Made by a program: the position numbers and the translations under genes
Part shown: in pieces, positions 38,517-53,124 of the stretch
How positions within the stretch are numbered: the first letter of the stretch is position 1
Layout of the letters: each line of letters begins with the position of its first letter
The notes under the pieces: generated by a model
What the model was told of the DNA's origin: nothing
What the model saw: only the letters and a program-made list of their open reading frames with translations
The model's database searches: none
Assembly: GCF_006345805.1 (NCBI RefSeq)
Contig: NC_042997.1
Coordinates: 82,708,001 to 82,772,000 of the forward strand
DNA from: Octopus sinensis
Taxonomy: Eukaryota
DNA: 64,000 bases
Reading direction: 5' to 3'

Positions 38517-39819
38517 GTAAGAAAAATATTGCCTTTTTCCTTAAAAATAGAATTAAATTAAATAATTGACATATATACAAAATTATTTCACCTGATTTAG
38601 CGTAGAATGCTTTGAGCGAGTTTGTAAAAATATGCCGGTCGCAGTTTACGCTTAATTAATAGTACAAATAAATAATATTTTTTCAGTGGAAATCAAAGGC
38701 TATGTCAGTGAGCGAATATGCAAACAACAGTATACGAATATACAAAGTTTATAGTTTGATTAGTGGCTACAACGTATAAAACAATGTTGAAAAATTCCCT
38801 ACATAGCAATAAAAAGACTTTCGATGCTGCAACTTGCCCATTCGTGTGTGTTTGTGAGCGACTGTGTTCCTTGGTTTTATTTGTATTCCCCACTCCTAAA
38901 TGCCGTAAAAATAGTTTGTAGTGTACAGTAGGTTTTTTTCTCAGATTTAATTTAGGATAAATAACTGGAGTGAGAGTTACTATAGCAAGCTGAAATGTTT
39001 CAAAATCAATACCTCGATGATCTGAAAGAGAAGTGGAAAGAAAAAAAAAAAGATAATTGATAGAACATACTTGTGGGTAGGGAACCTCTTGTAGATGAAG
39101 TCTCTAAAAACCTATAAAAATCGTTTTAAGTCTTATTATCAAAATAGCAACTTAATATAAGCTTCATACATATGAGTTTGTAGCATTAAAGATTCGTTGC
39201 ACAGACGCGCCTCTACATGTTCTAATGCACTTGCAACTCGTCTCTGGTAATAAAAACAGTTCATCTTTGGTTTATGACAATTAAAATATACTATAAGACT
39301 ACAAAGATAGCATTCATATATAATATGTGAAAAGAAAGTTTTTCGCGGGTTAAAAGATGCAAGTACTGTTTTTTAAGATGTAAACCACATTTGTCACGAG
39401 AGAAATTTGTGAAATAAATATCGATTGAGAGAAAGGGCTAAGTAGTATTGAAGTAAGCCACACTACATAGGGAATAACTAAAACTGCTGTAACTGCCAAT
39501 AGAACTCCCAGATTATAACCTTGTGTTCTGTGGGAAGACAGTAATCTTAGTGTTTCGAGAAACTCCTTTGTGGGAGCATCGACTGTGAAAGAGATCTTGC
39601 ATGGCTACTTTTAGGCCTCGAGAGTCTGAGTCCCTCCCCCCATAATTCAAGAAGGCTGTGAAATGTTTTTTGGTCAAGGGAGGAGCCTGCCTTGGTTCTC
39701 TGTCCCGTATTGACGTACCAGCTGAACTCCTTCTCTTATAGGCCCTGTGTAGGGGGTGAACAACACCATACAATGCCTACTAAATAGTTTTTGGAAAACA
39801 TTATCTTTATTTTTCTAAG

Positions 39820-40512
39820 ACGGTGAGCTGGCAGAATCATTAACACGAGCAGCCAAAATGCTTAACGGCATTTCTTCTGGCTCTATATATTCTATGTTCT
39901 AATTCTGCTGTGGTTGATTTTGCCTCTCATCCTTTTGGGATCAATGAAATAAGTACCAGTTGAGCACTGAAGTCAATGTAATTGACTAGCTCTATCCCTC
40001 AAAATTTCAGGCTTTGTGCCTATAGTAGAAAGGATTGTTATTAATTATTATTATTATTATTATTGAGGTGTTGAGCTGGCAGAATTATTAGCATGCCAGA
40101 CAAATGCTTAGCTACATTTCATCTGGTTCTATGTTCTGAATTCAAATTTCACTGAAGTTTACTTTGCCTTTCATCCTTTTGGTAAGTCAATAAAATAAGT
40201 AACAGTTTATCACTGGGGTCGATGTAATCAACTTAACTGGTCCCCCGAAATTCCTGGCCTTGTGCAAAAATTTGAAACCCTTGTTATCACCAAAAAGATG
40301 GCGAGCTGGCAGAATTGTTAGCATGCCTGGTAAAATGCTCAGCAGTATTTCGTACGTGTTTATGTTCTGAGTTGAAATTCCACCAAAGTCATCTTTGCCT
40401 GTCATCCTTTCGGGGTCGATAAATTAAGCACTAGTCAAATACTAGGGTCGATGTAATCGACTTTCCCCCACCTGCAAAAAATTTCAGGCATAGTACCTAT
40501 AGTAGAACGGAT
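39820..40512 (+). mobile_element. Three tandem family B SINEs
   Basis: gagctggcagaat heads at ~39820, ~40066 and ~40298. Confidence 0.8.
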
Positions 40513-40579
40513 TAATATTATTATTATTATTATTAGTATTAGTATTATGTTATTATTATTATTGTTGTTGTTGTTGTAG

Positions 40580-40676
40580 TCTGGCTCTGACATATCTGTT
40601 GATTCGGAGGATGTGAATAAACTTTTTAAACAGAAACAAAGTCCAAAATGGTTACATGAGGATGAAACGGATACAG
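40580..40676 (+). CDS. CEP162: CEP162-like exon 2
   Basis: tag|SGSDISVDSED...PKWLHEDETDT|gtaat; phase 0 to 1. Confidence 0.75.
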
Positions 40677-41804
40677 GTAATATATATTTTGTCTTTCATG
40701 CTTATTATTTTCCTTAATATTGCACACCTGATGTCATGCTCCTCATCAGTTGAACACACTTCAATTTACTTTACTTACTATATCATACATATAATGCAGT
40801 GGCATACCTTGGACACTGACACAATGTATTGAACATTATAATAAATATAAACATTGTTTTGTTAAATAATGTCAAATATTTCATTGATTGTATTACAAAG
40901 AAGAGCTGAAAACGTGAAACAGAAATAGTGTTGAAATAACTAACACTATGTAACAATATTAATATCTAGAAATCAAAAGAAATTACTACTATTCCCTTCA
41001 AATTTTGTTTTTGTGACCTAGACATCTGTGTTTTGAAACTGACCTATTTTCCATTATATTTCAGACAGATTCAGTGCTAAGTTGCTGAAGCAGAAATATC
41101 ATTAGAACAAATATTCTGCTCAGTACTACAGATTTGCTTGTCAGTTGCTTGACCTCATCCCTTAGTATGAACATGTCTCTTAGTGGCTGTCAATATGTGT
41201 ATCTCTGGTCAAGAGCAGGAGTAGTGGGGTTGCATCATAGCCATGTGTTGAGAGGGACTCTTTGGGGTTTGAATAAATGTAACAAAAGTAAAGTTTCAAG
41301 GAAGTATTAGCTATTTTTCATATTTTCTAGGAGTAAGCAAATGGGAAATAACAGTTGCTATCCAAGGACAAAAATCGTGTTACACGGTGTAATACATTCC
41401 TGTTAAAAAAAGTATCAGCCTTATCATATGCAATATTTCAAAGAAATATAGAATGAAGAAATACAATACTAGCTTTCCTCTGCTAATTATTGTCAATATA
41501 ATGATCTGCATATAATTTCCAAAAATTCTCTTCTGGTGTGGCAATATAAAAGATTCTGTGACAGACTAAATCTAATTCAACTGCAGGCATTGCAACGAAC
41601 ATCTTAAATGTAATAATAGACAGCAAACAAATTAAAAATAGATCAGGCACAGGAGTGGCTGTGCGGTAAGAAGTTTGCCTACCAATAACATATGTTGGGT
41701 TCAGTTCCACCCTGTGGCACCTTGGCCAAGTGTCTTCTACTTTAGCCTTGGGCTGACCAATGCCTTGTGAGTGAATTTGGTTGATGGAAACTGGAAGAAG
41801 TCTG

Positions 41805-41871
<67 letters not shown>

Positions 41872-41880
41872 GTATATATA

Positions 41881-42731
<851 letters not shown>

Positions 42732-42745
42732 TATATATATATGTA

Positions 42746-42794
<49 letters not shown>

Positions 42795-42796
<2 letters not shown>

Positions 42797-43640
42797 CATT
42801 ATTGTGAATTGAAGAAATGGAGCTGAACGCAGATTGAACAGAAATCGTTTTATTTCATTCTACACGTGTTCGAAAGGCACAAATTACCAAAATCCGATTG
42901 AATAATGGGACCATATTGTGTCTTTCTCTTCAGGAAGAAAATAGGAAATCCGTTGGAAAAACAAAAACAGAACAGAGGCGGAGCAAAAACAATCGAACTA
43001 TGCTCCTAAGAGCCCATGGCGAAACTGTTTATCAGTGTATGTTGAGAACCGGTGGCTGAAGAATTCAACGGGTCAGGCATCGGTCAATCATGTGGTGAGG
43101 GTGTGTAGATGTTCTTTGTGACCGAGAATAAAGTTCTGACTATTTAAGGAATATTCTCGGTCACAAAGAACATCTACACACCCTCACCCACATGATTGAC
43201 CGATGCCTGACCCGTTGAATTCTTCAGCCACCGGTTCTCAACATACACTGATAAACAGTTTCGCCATGGGCTCTTGGAGCATAGTTCGATTTGTTTTGCT
43301 CCGCCTCTGTTCTGTTTTTGTTTTTCCAACGGATTTCCTATTTTCTTCCTGAAGAGAAAGACACAATATGGTCCCATTATTCAATCGGATTTTGGTAATT
43401 TGTGCCTTTCGAAACACGTGTAGAATGAAATAAAACGATTTCTGTTCAATCTGCGTTCAGCTCCATTTCTTCAATTCACCAATAATGTTTAATTTCAATT
43501 ATCCGCACCAACGCACGGTTGCAACACATATGGTTGTACCTCCAACCGTGCTGTTTACTGGTGTGATTTTTGCTACTAAGGTATCGGTTAAACTTTTGAT
43601 TAATCTACTACAAGATTATTCATCTTTCTATTTCACATAA
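42795..43640 (+). mobile_element. Penelope-like inverted terminal-repeat structure
   Basis: Arms 42795-43128 and 43152-43489; the right arm continues as a unique tail into (TA)n; contains a hammerhead and AATAAA. Confidence 0.75.
43341..43430 (+). ncRNA. Minimal type I hammerhead ribozyme (predicted)
   Basis: CUGAAGA 43349-55; stem II gaaagacacaa/ttgtgcctttc (10/11 pairs); GAAA 43411-14; palindromic stem III ACACGUGU; GUA cleavage triplet; stem I uuucuuc/gaa(u)gaaa. Confidence 0.75.
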
Positions 43641-43760
43641 TATATATATATATATATCTATATATATAATATATATGTATATATATATATATATATACAT
43701 ATGTATATATATATTAGTATAAATATATATTATATAATATATATATATATATATATCTAT

Positions 43761-43800
<40 letters not shown>

Positions 43801-43987
43801 CTATATATATATGTATATGTATATAATATATAATTATATATATATATAATATATATCTATATATATATATATATATATCTATATATATATGTATATGTAT
43901 ATATATATATATTATATATCTATATATATATGTATATGTTATATAATATATATATATATAATATATATATCTATATATATATATAAC

Positions 43988-44625
43988 ATCATCCGAAGAC
44001 CCGGCAAGACTAGTCAGGCCATAACCCGTGGCCCCACCTGGGACGTTGCCAGTTCACCTGTGCATACCTTCCTTCCTTCTTGTGACACTTGTGAAGACCT
44101 GTTGAGGCAAGTGAAAATCAAATCAAATCAAATCAAAATAGATGAACATCAATGGAATTTGTATCTTTGTGGTACCAGTGCCGGTGGCACACAAGTAAAC
44201 CATCCGAACGTGGCCGTAGCCAGTACTGCATCGACTGGCCTCTGTGCTGTGGGCACGTAAGAAACACCATCCGATCGTGGCCGTTCGTCAGCCTCGTCTG
44301 GCACCTGTGTCGGTGGCACATAAAAACACCATCCGAGCGTGGCCGTTCGCCAGCCTCGTCTGGCACCTGTGTCGGTGGCACATAAAAACACCATCCGTGC
44401 GTGGCCGTTCGCCAGCCTCGTCTGGCACCTGTGTCGGTGGCACATAAAATCACCCACTACACTCTCGGAGTGGTTGGCGTTAGGAAGGGCATCCAGCTGT
44501 AGAAACACTGCCAGATCTGACTGGCCTGGTGCAGCCTTCGGGCTCCCCAGACCCCAGTTGAACTGTCCAACCCATGCTAGCATGGAAAGCGGACGTTAAA
44601 TGATGATGATGATGATGATGATGAT
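43988..44625 (+). mobile_element. RTE LINE 3'UTR copy, inverted relative to 41881-42636
   Basis: Same subrepeats and (GAT)n tail. Confidence 0.9.
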
Positions 44626-44984
44626 ATATATATATATATATATATATGTATAAGTGTGTGTGTCTTTGTATCTGTGTTTATCCTCCACCAGTGTTGGTGT
44701 CTTTATGTCCCAGTAACTTAGCAATTTTGACAAAAGAGACCAATAGTATAAGTACCAAGCTTTAAAAAAATTGTAAGTATTGGGGTCAATTCTCTTGACT
44801 AAAATTCTTCAAGGTGGTTCTCCAGCATGGCCACAGTAAAATGACTGAAACAAGTAAAAGATAAAAGTTAAACAAGTTTGATCTATTTCTTGGTTTGTTC
44901 TCATTTTCTGATTTTCTTGGTAATTTGATTATTGTTATATCTAACTCTTCATTTTGAGAAAAGAGAATGTATAGAAGCTCTTTA

Positions 44985-46070
44985 AGGGTTGATATAGCAT
45001 CACATGATGTGGAAGACAACTGGAGGTTTCTACGGGACAACCTGTTAAGGGCTACTGACTAGATCTGTGGCTGGTGCAAAGTCCCCTCTTGACTCATGGT
45101 AATGTGGTGGTAGAATAATGTAGTTGACAGGGCCATTAGGGAAAAGAAACAGGCATAGAAGGACTGGAAAAATGGTGGTTGCGGGGAATTGTATCAAATT
45201 GTCAGAAGAGAAGATAGGAGACAGGTTTACTTAGCCAGAGGGGAAGCAGATAAAAAAATTTGCCAATGTTCTGCATCATGAGGACCAAAGACTTGAAGTA
45301 TTTTGTGTTGCAAGACAGTGTGTGAGAGAGAATTGTGATGTCATAGGAGAGAAATGTGTCTGCATGGATGATGGCTCATTTGCATTTAATGAGGCTGCAA
45401 GGAGAGAAATGTGGGGATGCCACTATGAAAGGTTGCTAAATGAATGGGAGAAAGCGAGTCTACCAAATGTTGACCCAACAGAGGGACCAGCTATCTGAAT
45501 TGACAGTACCTTGGTATATAAAGCAATTAAGGGTATGAAGACTGGGAAAGTCCCCAGCCCATCAGGGATCACTGCAGAGATGCTTAAAATATCTGGAGGT
45601 GTTTGCTATAGTCTAGTCACCTGTAAAGTCAGTCAGGTGATACATGAAGGAGTCATACTTAATGACTGGTGTAGTAGCACCATAGTCAACTGCTTCAAAG
45701 GTAAAGGTGGTGCATTAGATATGAATAATTACAGAGGTATCATGTTGTTGGATCAGGTAATGAAAGTCACGGGGAGGGTCATAGCCCAACTAATTAGGGA
45801 GAGAGTCAGTCTAGACAAGATGCAGTTTGGGTTTGTGCCAGATAAAAAGCATCACTGATGCTATATTTCTGGTAAGACAGTTGAAGGAGATCTTAGTTTT
45901 ATGAGCTGTGTAGTGACCTCACTAGTGCTGGTGCCATAAAAAAAGCATCCAGTACACTTTGTAAAGTGGTTGGCATAAGAGTCAGACACAGAACGTGATG
46001 CTGTCCTTGGACTCATCAGATCCATGCCAACAAGGAAGATGGAAAGTAAAAGACAATGGTGATGATGCTG
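44985..46070 (+). pseudogene. RTE LINE ORF internal fragment joined to a 3' end remnant
   Basis: KAIKGMKTGK.P.PSGITAEMLK, NYRGI.LL, QFGF. Confidence 0.82.
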
Positions 46071-46714
46071 TTCATGTATTAGTAATAAAATCTATCTATG
46101 GCTGGGTTCTAACCCAGGCTGTAGAACAAAGTCTACTTGAAACACTTCCTGGTCTAACATCACTGCCTCAAAGTCCTGGATACATTTTAGGCCAGTATCT
46201 ATGATCAAGTTGTTGATGTAAGTGTGATATGAAATTGTAGCACATCATAAGATATGAGATATGAAAGCTAAAATTCATATGGGAATTTGATATGATAATT
46301 CAAATCAAATTTACTCATCAACAAATGAGAAATTATGGTTGTATAATTGGCCAGACAACCCAATTGTTGTGAATTGAATGTTTTTTTGTTTAATTAATAA
46401 ATCCAAAGAGTATGGCCTAGAACCAAAAGTTTCTGACAGTGACAGAATCTTTGATCTATTTGTCTGAAGTTTTAGAGATGTTTTACTATATACTTATCAA
46501 ATTTAATGATAATCATTGATTAGAAGTGGTGCTTGTTTTAAAGTAGACTTAGACAGGTAGAGTAATAAGTTTCAGTTTCTTGATTAAAGCTTTCTTGCTA
46601 TGTTACTGGTTTTTTAGCACCAGGTTTGCTCTGAGAGTTGAGCAGACCTATAATCAAAGGTATTCTAGTAGTGACCATCCTGCTTTTTATCCAGTTATAA
46701 TGCATGTAGAAATA

Positions 46715-47988
46715 CGAGGGACGTTCAATAAGTAATGCCCCTGACCCACTTCCCATAGCAGTAGAGCAACGAAACTTGGCACAGTTATTAGTCTTTTTCT
46801 ACATAGGAACCACCCAGAGTTACGCATTTCTCCCATCGTTTGATGCGGCTCTGGAGACCGTTTTTGTAGAAGGACCCAGCTTGGTCCTCCAACCTCAACA
46901 TGACTTCAGAAATCAAGGCTGCATCATCTGGGAAACGCTTTCCTTTCAAAAACAACTTCATGATTGGGAAGAGGTGAAAATCAGAGGGTGCAAGGTCAGG
47001 AAAGTAGGGGGGATGGGGAGGCGTTCATAGCCATACGCCTGTGCTTCTGATCTGGCGACAAGCGAGTTGTGGACCAGAGCGTTGTCCTGCAGGAGGAGGA
47101 TGCCTTTGCTGATCTTGCCCCGCCTCTTGATTTTGATAACTTCTCTTAATTTCCTCAAAAGTGAAGCATAATAGGCTCCTGCAATTGTGGTACCCTTTGC
47201 CAGGAAATCTGTCATCACTACTCCGTCCTGGTCCCAGAAGACTGTGAGCATGACCTTGCCAGTGGAGGGCTGCATCCTTGCCTTCTTTGGAGGGGGTGAG
47301 TCACGGTGCTTCCACTGCATTGACTGGGCTTTGGTCTCTGGATCATCGTGATGGACCCAGGTTTCATCCTGTGTAATCAGTCTTTTGAAAAATTTTGACT
47401 CATCTTCTTGGCACATCTCCAAATTCACCCTCGAGCTTCTGGAAAGGCGTGAGCAACCTGGGAATCCATCTGGCAGACACCTTTTGCATATGCAAATGGT
47501 CATGAATGATAGTTTCCACAGACCCGGTACTAATCTTGACCTCATGGGCTATTTGGCGAATAATTATGCGTTGATCTTCGAAAATGGCAGCCTTAACTTG
47601 ACGGACAGATGCCTCATCAATGGTAGAAGGGGGCGACCAGATCTGGGAGCTGTTTCCACAGAGTTCCAACCATGTTTGAATTCACGATGCCAACGTTTTA
47701 CAAGGTCATATGATGGGGCATCATCACCATAAGTTACTTTCATTTCATCAAAAGTCTCCCGTGGTGTGCGTCCTTTCAAATACAAAAACCGGATCACTGC
47801 TCGACACTCAACAGGCTCCATTTCACACTTGACTCGGTTCAAACACCTGTAAATTAGAAACCACAATTACTTCAGAGCTGTAATTTGCCACTTACTCTAT
47901 AGAGATATAAATGATTGCACATGCAAAATTTCAGCTAGATCAAACAACTGCAAGTGGGTCAGAGGCATTACTTATTGAACGTCCCTCG
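46715..47988 (-). mobile_element. Mariner transposon, full length but frameshifted
   Basis: TA-cgagggacgttcaataagtaatgcc TIRs; RAVIRFL, WIPRLL, TQDETW, QDNA motifs. Confidence 0.93.
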
Positions 47989-48187
47989 TACATTATTCAA
48001 AGTATCTTTGTTTTTATTTTAGTAGGATAGGTGTGATTTTAGAGATATTTGGTTATTGTTTCTAGCAGGATGAATTATCTTGTGGAAGTTTCTTACTGGT
48101 TCATTCTTGTCATTATTTGAACCCAAAATAGTGATCTTTTTTTCATTTCAAAAAAATAATTTAAAGGTTTGGTTTATTCTTTTACAG

Positions 48188-48342
48188 CTGCAAGTTCTGA
48201 TTTATGTAAAAGCCATACTTATGGACCAGTCCACAGTACTCCAACTGATTCAAAGAAACTTACATCTTACTCTATGGGAACTACAGATGAAAGTCTGGGA
48301 GTTGTGCGAGAACTTGATTTTCAGCCCAAGAGTTCTGAAGAT
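48188..48342 (+). CDS. CEP162: CEP162-like exon 3
   Basis: ttacag|..AASSDLCK...PKSSED|gtaagt; phase 1 to 0. Confidence 0.75.
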
Positions 48343-48499
48343 GTAAGTAGTTTTATTTAATTGTGTATTTGTTTTGCAAAATTCTTGATGTGAAATCATG
48401 TGTTGAAACAGATATTGTTATACTTGGGGATGGTCATATTTTGCCAATTAAACACATGCACTATATGTTTGGCCTTTACTTCAGCTTTCATAGACTTGC

Positions 48500-48813
48500 C
48501 TCTGTGCCGGTGGCACGTAAAAGCACCATCCGATTGTGGCCGTTGCCAGCCTTGCCTGGCCTCCGTGCCGGTGGCACGTAAAAAGCACCATCCGATGGTG
48601 GCCGTCTTCCAGCCTCGTCTGGCACCTGTGCTTGTGGCACGTAAAAAGCACCCACTACACTCACAGAGTGGTTGGCGTTAGGATGGGCATCCAGCCGTAG
48701 AAACATTGCCAGATCAGACTGGGCCTGGTGCAGCCTTCTGGCTTCCCAGACCCCAGTTGAACCGTCCAACCCATGCTAGCATGGAAAGCGGACGCTAAAC
48801 GATGATGATGATG
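48500..48813 (+). mobile_element. RTE 3' end fragment
   Basis: Subrepeats, ggttggcgttagga, (GAT)n tail. More decayed copies at ~50640-50860, ~51640-51830 and ~58320-58680 (minus). Confidence 0.8.
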
Positions 48814-49271
48814 ATTTTAGTTTCTTTTGTCATACATCCTGTGACCTCTTCAGCAACTCTTTATCCCATGTGTCTCCTCTTGTTCTGCTGGCAGGACAAG
48901 AGACACGTGTGTGATGAAAGAGCTTTGAGAAAAACAAAAATAATAATAATAAAGCTGAGGTAAAGACAGTATATATAATGCATATGTTTAATTGGCAAAA
49001 TGCGACCATTTCCAAGTATAACAATATTTATTTTATTACTTTGTTTGCTATGTCAATATACATGAAAGGCAGAGTGCAAGAGAGTTTGCATAAAAAAAAA
49101 ACAACAACAAAAAATTCATGGTTTATCATCAATGTGTACAGCTGTGCTAAGCAGATTTGTAAGATATACTATTAGTGGACAAAGTGTTGTGAGTTAATGA
49201 AAATCACAGAAGGAAAATATGGAAAAGAAATAAATCAAAGAAGTCTAGGGTTTTTCAGAAAAGATGTTGGT

Positions 49272-49615
49272 AGGCACAGGTGTGGCTTGTGTGGTTAGGA
49301 TGCTTGCTTTCCAACCATGTGGTCTTAGGTTCAGTCCCACTGTGTAGTACCTTGAGCAAGTACCTTCTACTATAACCCCAAAACAACCAAATCCTTGCGA
49401 GTGGATTTAGTAGATGTGTGTGTTTGTTTCCCATCATTACTTGACAACTGGTGTTGGTTTGCTTACATCCCTGTAACTTAGTAGTTCAATAAAAGGGAAA
49501 GATAGAATAAATGTCAGGCTTTAAAAATATTGTGTTTGACTAAGCCTTTCAAGATAGTGCCCCAGCATGGCTGCAATCCATAGACTGAAACAAGTAAAAG
49601 GTAAAATATAAAAGA
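49272..49615 (+). mobile_element. SINE family A
   Basis: Matches the family A consensus. Confidence 0.7.
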
Positions 49616-49828
49616 TAACACTGAAAAATAATCTAAATTACTAATCTGTTCAACCCATATAAGACTGGAATATGATATTAAAACATTAATAATCATTATT
49701 GTTTTATATATGATACTGAAAAAACTTTAAAAATCTTAATTTGAAGGTGAAAATAAAAGCAGTCCACTTATGAATTGTGATAGGAAGTAAATTTTTCAGC
49801 AAAGTGGGTTATAGAAGTATTTCTAGAC

Positions 49829-50091
49829 CAGTGGTTCTCAACTGGGGTCCATATGACCCTTAGGGTTCCATATAGTAATTTGTTAAAATTCATGTGCAAT
49901 AAATTTATACTTTATATGCAATAAAGTTATACTTCCACAAAATATTTCAACGATTTTTAAATACAATTCCTAATAATATTTAAACAGAAATGCAATAAGA
50001 TTTTTAAAAACATTAAATGGTTATGAGTGTCCATCTGAGTGAAATAGGAATCAAATGAGGTTCATAGGAAAAAAATGGTTGGAAATCACTA
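49829..50091. mobile_element. hAT (Charlie-like) MITE
   Basis: cagtggttctcaac / gttggaaatcacta; TSD ttctagac / ttctggaa (6/8). Confidence 0.65.
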
Positions 50092-50430
50092 TTCTGGAAG
50101 ATTTTCTCCCAAGCTCTACTCATGGGAAGATTTAAACTTTGTTTACCAAGTTAAAATTCTTCTTGGTTTCTTAGTCACACTGCTCCTGTTTTGCCCAGTA
50201 CTGAACTAGCTCTGCTGTCATAGGATTCTTATTTGCTGTTAGATAAATTGAACTGCTTAAAGTTTTGACTGTGTTAAAAAAATTTAATTGTTCTGGCTAT
50301 GGGAAAAGTGTAGCATTGGTAAAATGATATAGCCATTAATCTTTGACATGTCAATCCTCCAATATGAAACTGTTGAGTTCTTGAAGATAAATATTACAAG
50401 TATTATTACCTTTCTTTTGGCTATTACTCT

Positions 50431-50515
<85 letters not shown>

Positions 50516-50600
50516 CATCATCATATATATTTTAATACTTTGCATGTACCATGTCCTTGCATTGTTTTTTTGTTTTTTCTTCGTTTTTTTTTTTAAATAT

Positions 50601-50640
<40 letters not shown>

Positions 50641-51441
50641 ATCATCATCATTTAATGTCCATCTACTATGCTGCAATGCTTTGATAGGAGCTGGCAAATC
50701 AGAAGGATGCACCAAGCTCTCATGTCTGCTTTGGCATGGTTTCTATAGCTGGATGTCTTTCCTAATGCCAACCACTTTATAGAATGTAGTGGGTGCTTTT
50801 TACATGGCATCAGCACCAGTGAGATCACCAAGTGACTTGCAACACAAGACCCCTTCAACTAAAGAAAGGGTAGGATTTAAAGAGAGTGCTTTGTGTCGGG
50901 TGATGTGAGGTTAGAATATGGTAAAGGGATAGAAGCAGGTGTCTTGCAATGGAGGAGCTACATTTCTGCCGCAGTTGAAAAAATAAAGGGAGAGAGAGAG
51001 AGAGAGAGAGATGGAGAAACTGAAGATGTTGATGAAGATGTATTGGTGTTACAGGGTGGGGGATATAAGTGAAGTGGATTGGACAGGGTGAGTGGGCAGG
51101 TAAGTTTGTGAGTGTGTGAAAGGAGAATGGGGAATGCAGTGAGTGAACACAGACGAAGGGAAGGGGTTAGGAAGATGAACTGTGGTGGAGAGGGGTATAG
51201 GGCCTCAATTTTACTTTTATCCCCCCCCCCCCCCAAAAAAAAAAACCCCTCATATGGTTGGGAGGATGGGAATTGGTGTCTTGTTTACAGTAATACTTCT
51301 TTGAAAAGCACAAGTGTTGTGGGTGAAACCATTTTAAAGTAGGAATAATGATTGGGCAATTGATGTTGAAACAAGGAAATGATACATACAAATAACGATT
51401 AGCTTACACTTTCTTGCATGATTTTGCTTTAATTTATCTAG

Positions 51442-51508
51442 ATCAAGAACACTTCAGAGGGAACTGGCATTGTTGAAAACTCCACCGGTGAAGATAGACT
51501 TACAAATG
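51442..51508 (+). CDS. CEP162: CEP162-like exon 4
   Basis: tag|IKNTSEG...DRLTN|gtatgt; phase 0 to 1. Confidence 0.65.
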
Positions 51509-52919
51509 GTATGTTTTTGTTTTTTTTTACAAAGGCTATCTAAAGGCAGAAACAGTAAACAGGTAGACAAAATCTTTATGGTGTCCACCACCACCACCAC
51601 CACCACCACCACCACCATCATCTGTCATAATCATAGTTATCATCATCATTTAGTGCCTGTTTTCCATGCTGGCATGGGTTGGACATTTTACTGGAGCTGG
51701 TAAGACCAGGGACTGCACCAGGCTCCATTGTATGTTCTGACATGGTTTCTATGGCTGGATGCCCTTCCTAATGCCAGCCACTCTACAGAGTGTATTGGAT
51801 GTTTTTTAAGTGGCACCAGTACCAGCATCAATTCTATTGTGGCAGATGGATCTTCTTGAGTACAGGTCTTCTTGAATATTATTATTTGTCTTTGATAAAC
51901 AAAATACGGCAATACTTGTGCAGTTATTTCTATTTCCTCTTTTCTAATACAGCTGCTACACTTTTTGAAAATTCAAACATTCGTGTATATATATATATAT
52001 ATATATATATATGAGTTGCCAGTGATAAAAGCTGCAGGTATGGGTGTATGGCTTTGGGTTCAGTTCCACTGCACATTACTTTGGCCAAGTGTCTTCTGCT
52101 ACAACCTAATAAAGGAGTGGAATTGAACCAGTACATGTGTTAAATGTATAGGTGTAAGACTCTACCTAGACTCAACAAAATTTGTTTTGACATACAAATT
52201 CACATTATAGAATCTTGCAAACCTACAAAAATGAAGTAATAATAATAATGATGATGGCATCCCTAAGCCTTGGCTGATAACCAAGTTAGAGTTGGTGTTG
52301 TATTTGGGGTGGCCCTTTTCATTAAAGCCTCAACTTAACATACCTGGAGAGCAAACCTTGTAGAAAATCATTCTCATTCATTGCAATGATGATAACTGAT
52401 ACCAATCCAAATAATAGTGTGAACAGGAAGACTCCCTTGGGTGTCCAAGATACCGGCTCTCCTGCACTAGCAGGGGCCCCTCAGAGAACAATTGAGTGGA
52501 AGACCAGACTCCACCTGGTTGTGGTCCCTTTACTACTCAAAATACGCAATGTGCTTGCAAATGCAAGTGGCTTGTTGATGGTTTCACTTAGAACTCCATG
52601 CATACTGCATAAAGTACTGTCTGTCTGATGTCCTTGTTGTGACTTGACAGACAGTACAATCTCCGGTAGACATAATACCTTCAATCTACAACATTACAAT
52701 ATTGGATACTGTGCAACATCCTACATAATAAAAACAACAATAATAATCCTTTCAACTATAGGCACAATGCCTGAAATTTTGAGTGGGTGGGAGCAAGTTG
52801 ATTACATTGACCCCACTGCTCAACTGGTATTTATTTTATTGACCCCAAAAGTATGAAAGACAAAATAGACCTCAGTGAATTCTGAACTTGGAACATAAAG
52901 CTGGAAGAAATGCTGCTAA

Positions 52920-53080
52920 GGAGTGGCTGTGTGGTAAGTAGCTTGCTTACCAACCACATGGTTCCAGGTTCAGTCCCACTGCTTGGCACCTTGGGCAAGT
53001 GTCTTCTACTATAGTCTCGGGCCGACAAAGCCTTGTGAGTGGTAGATGGAAACTGAAAGAAGCCCGTCGTATATACATAC

Positions 53081-53124
<44 letters not shown>

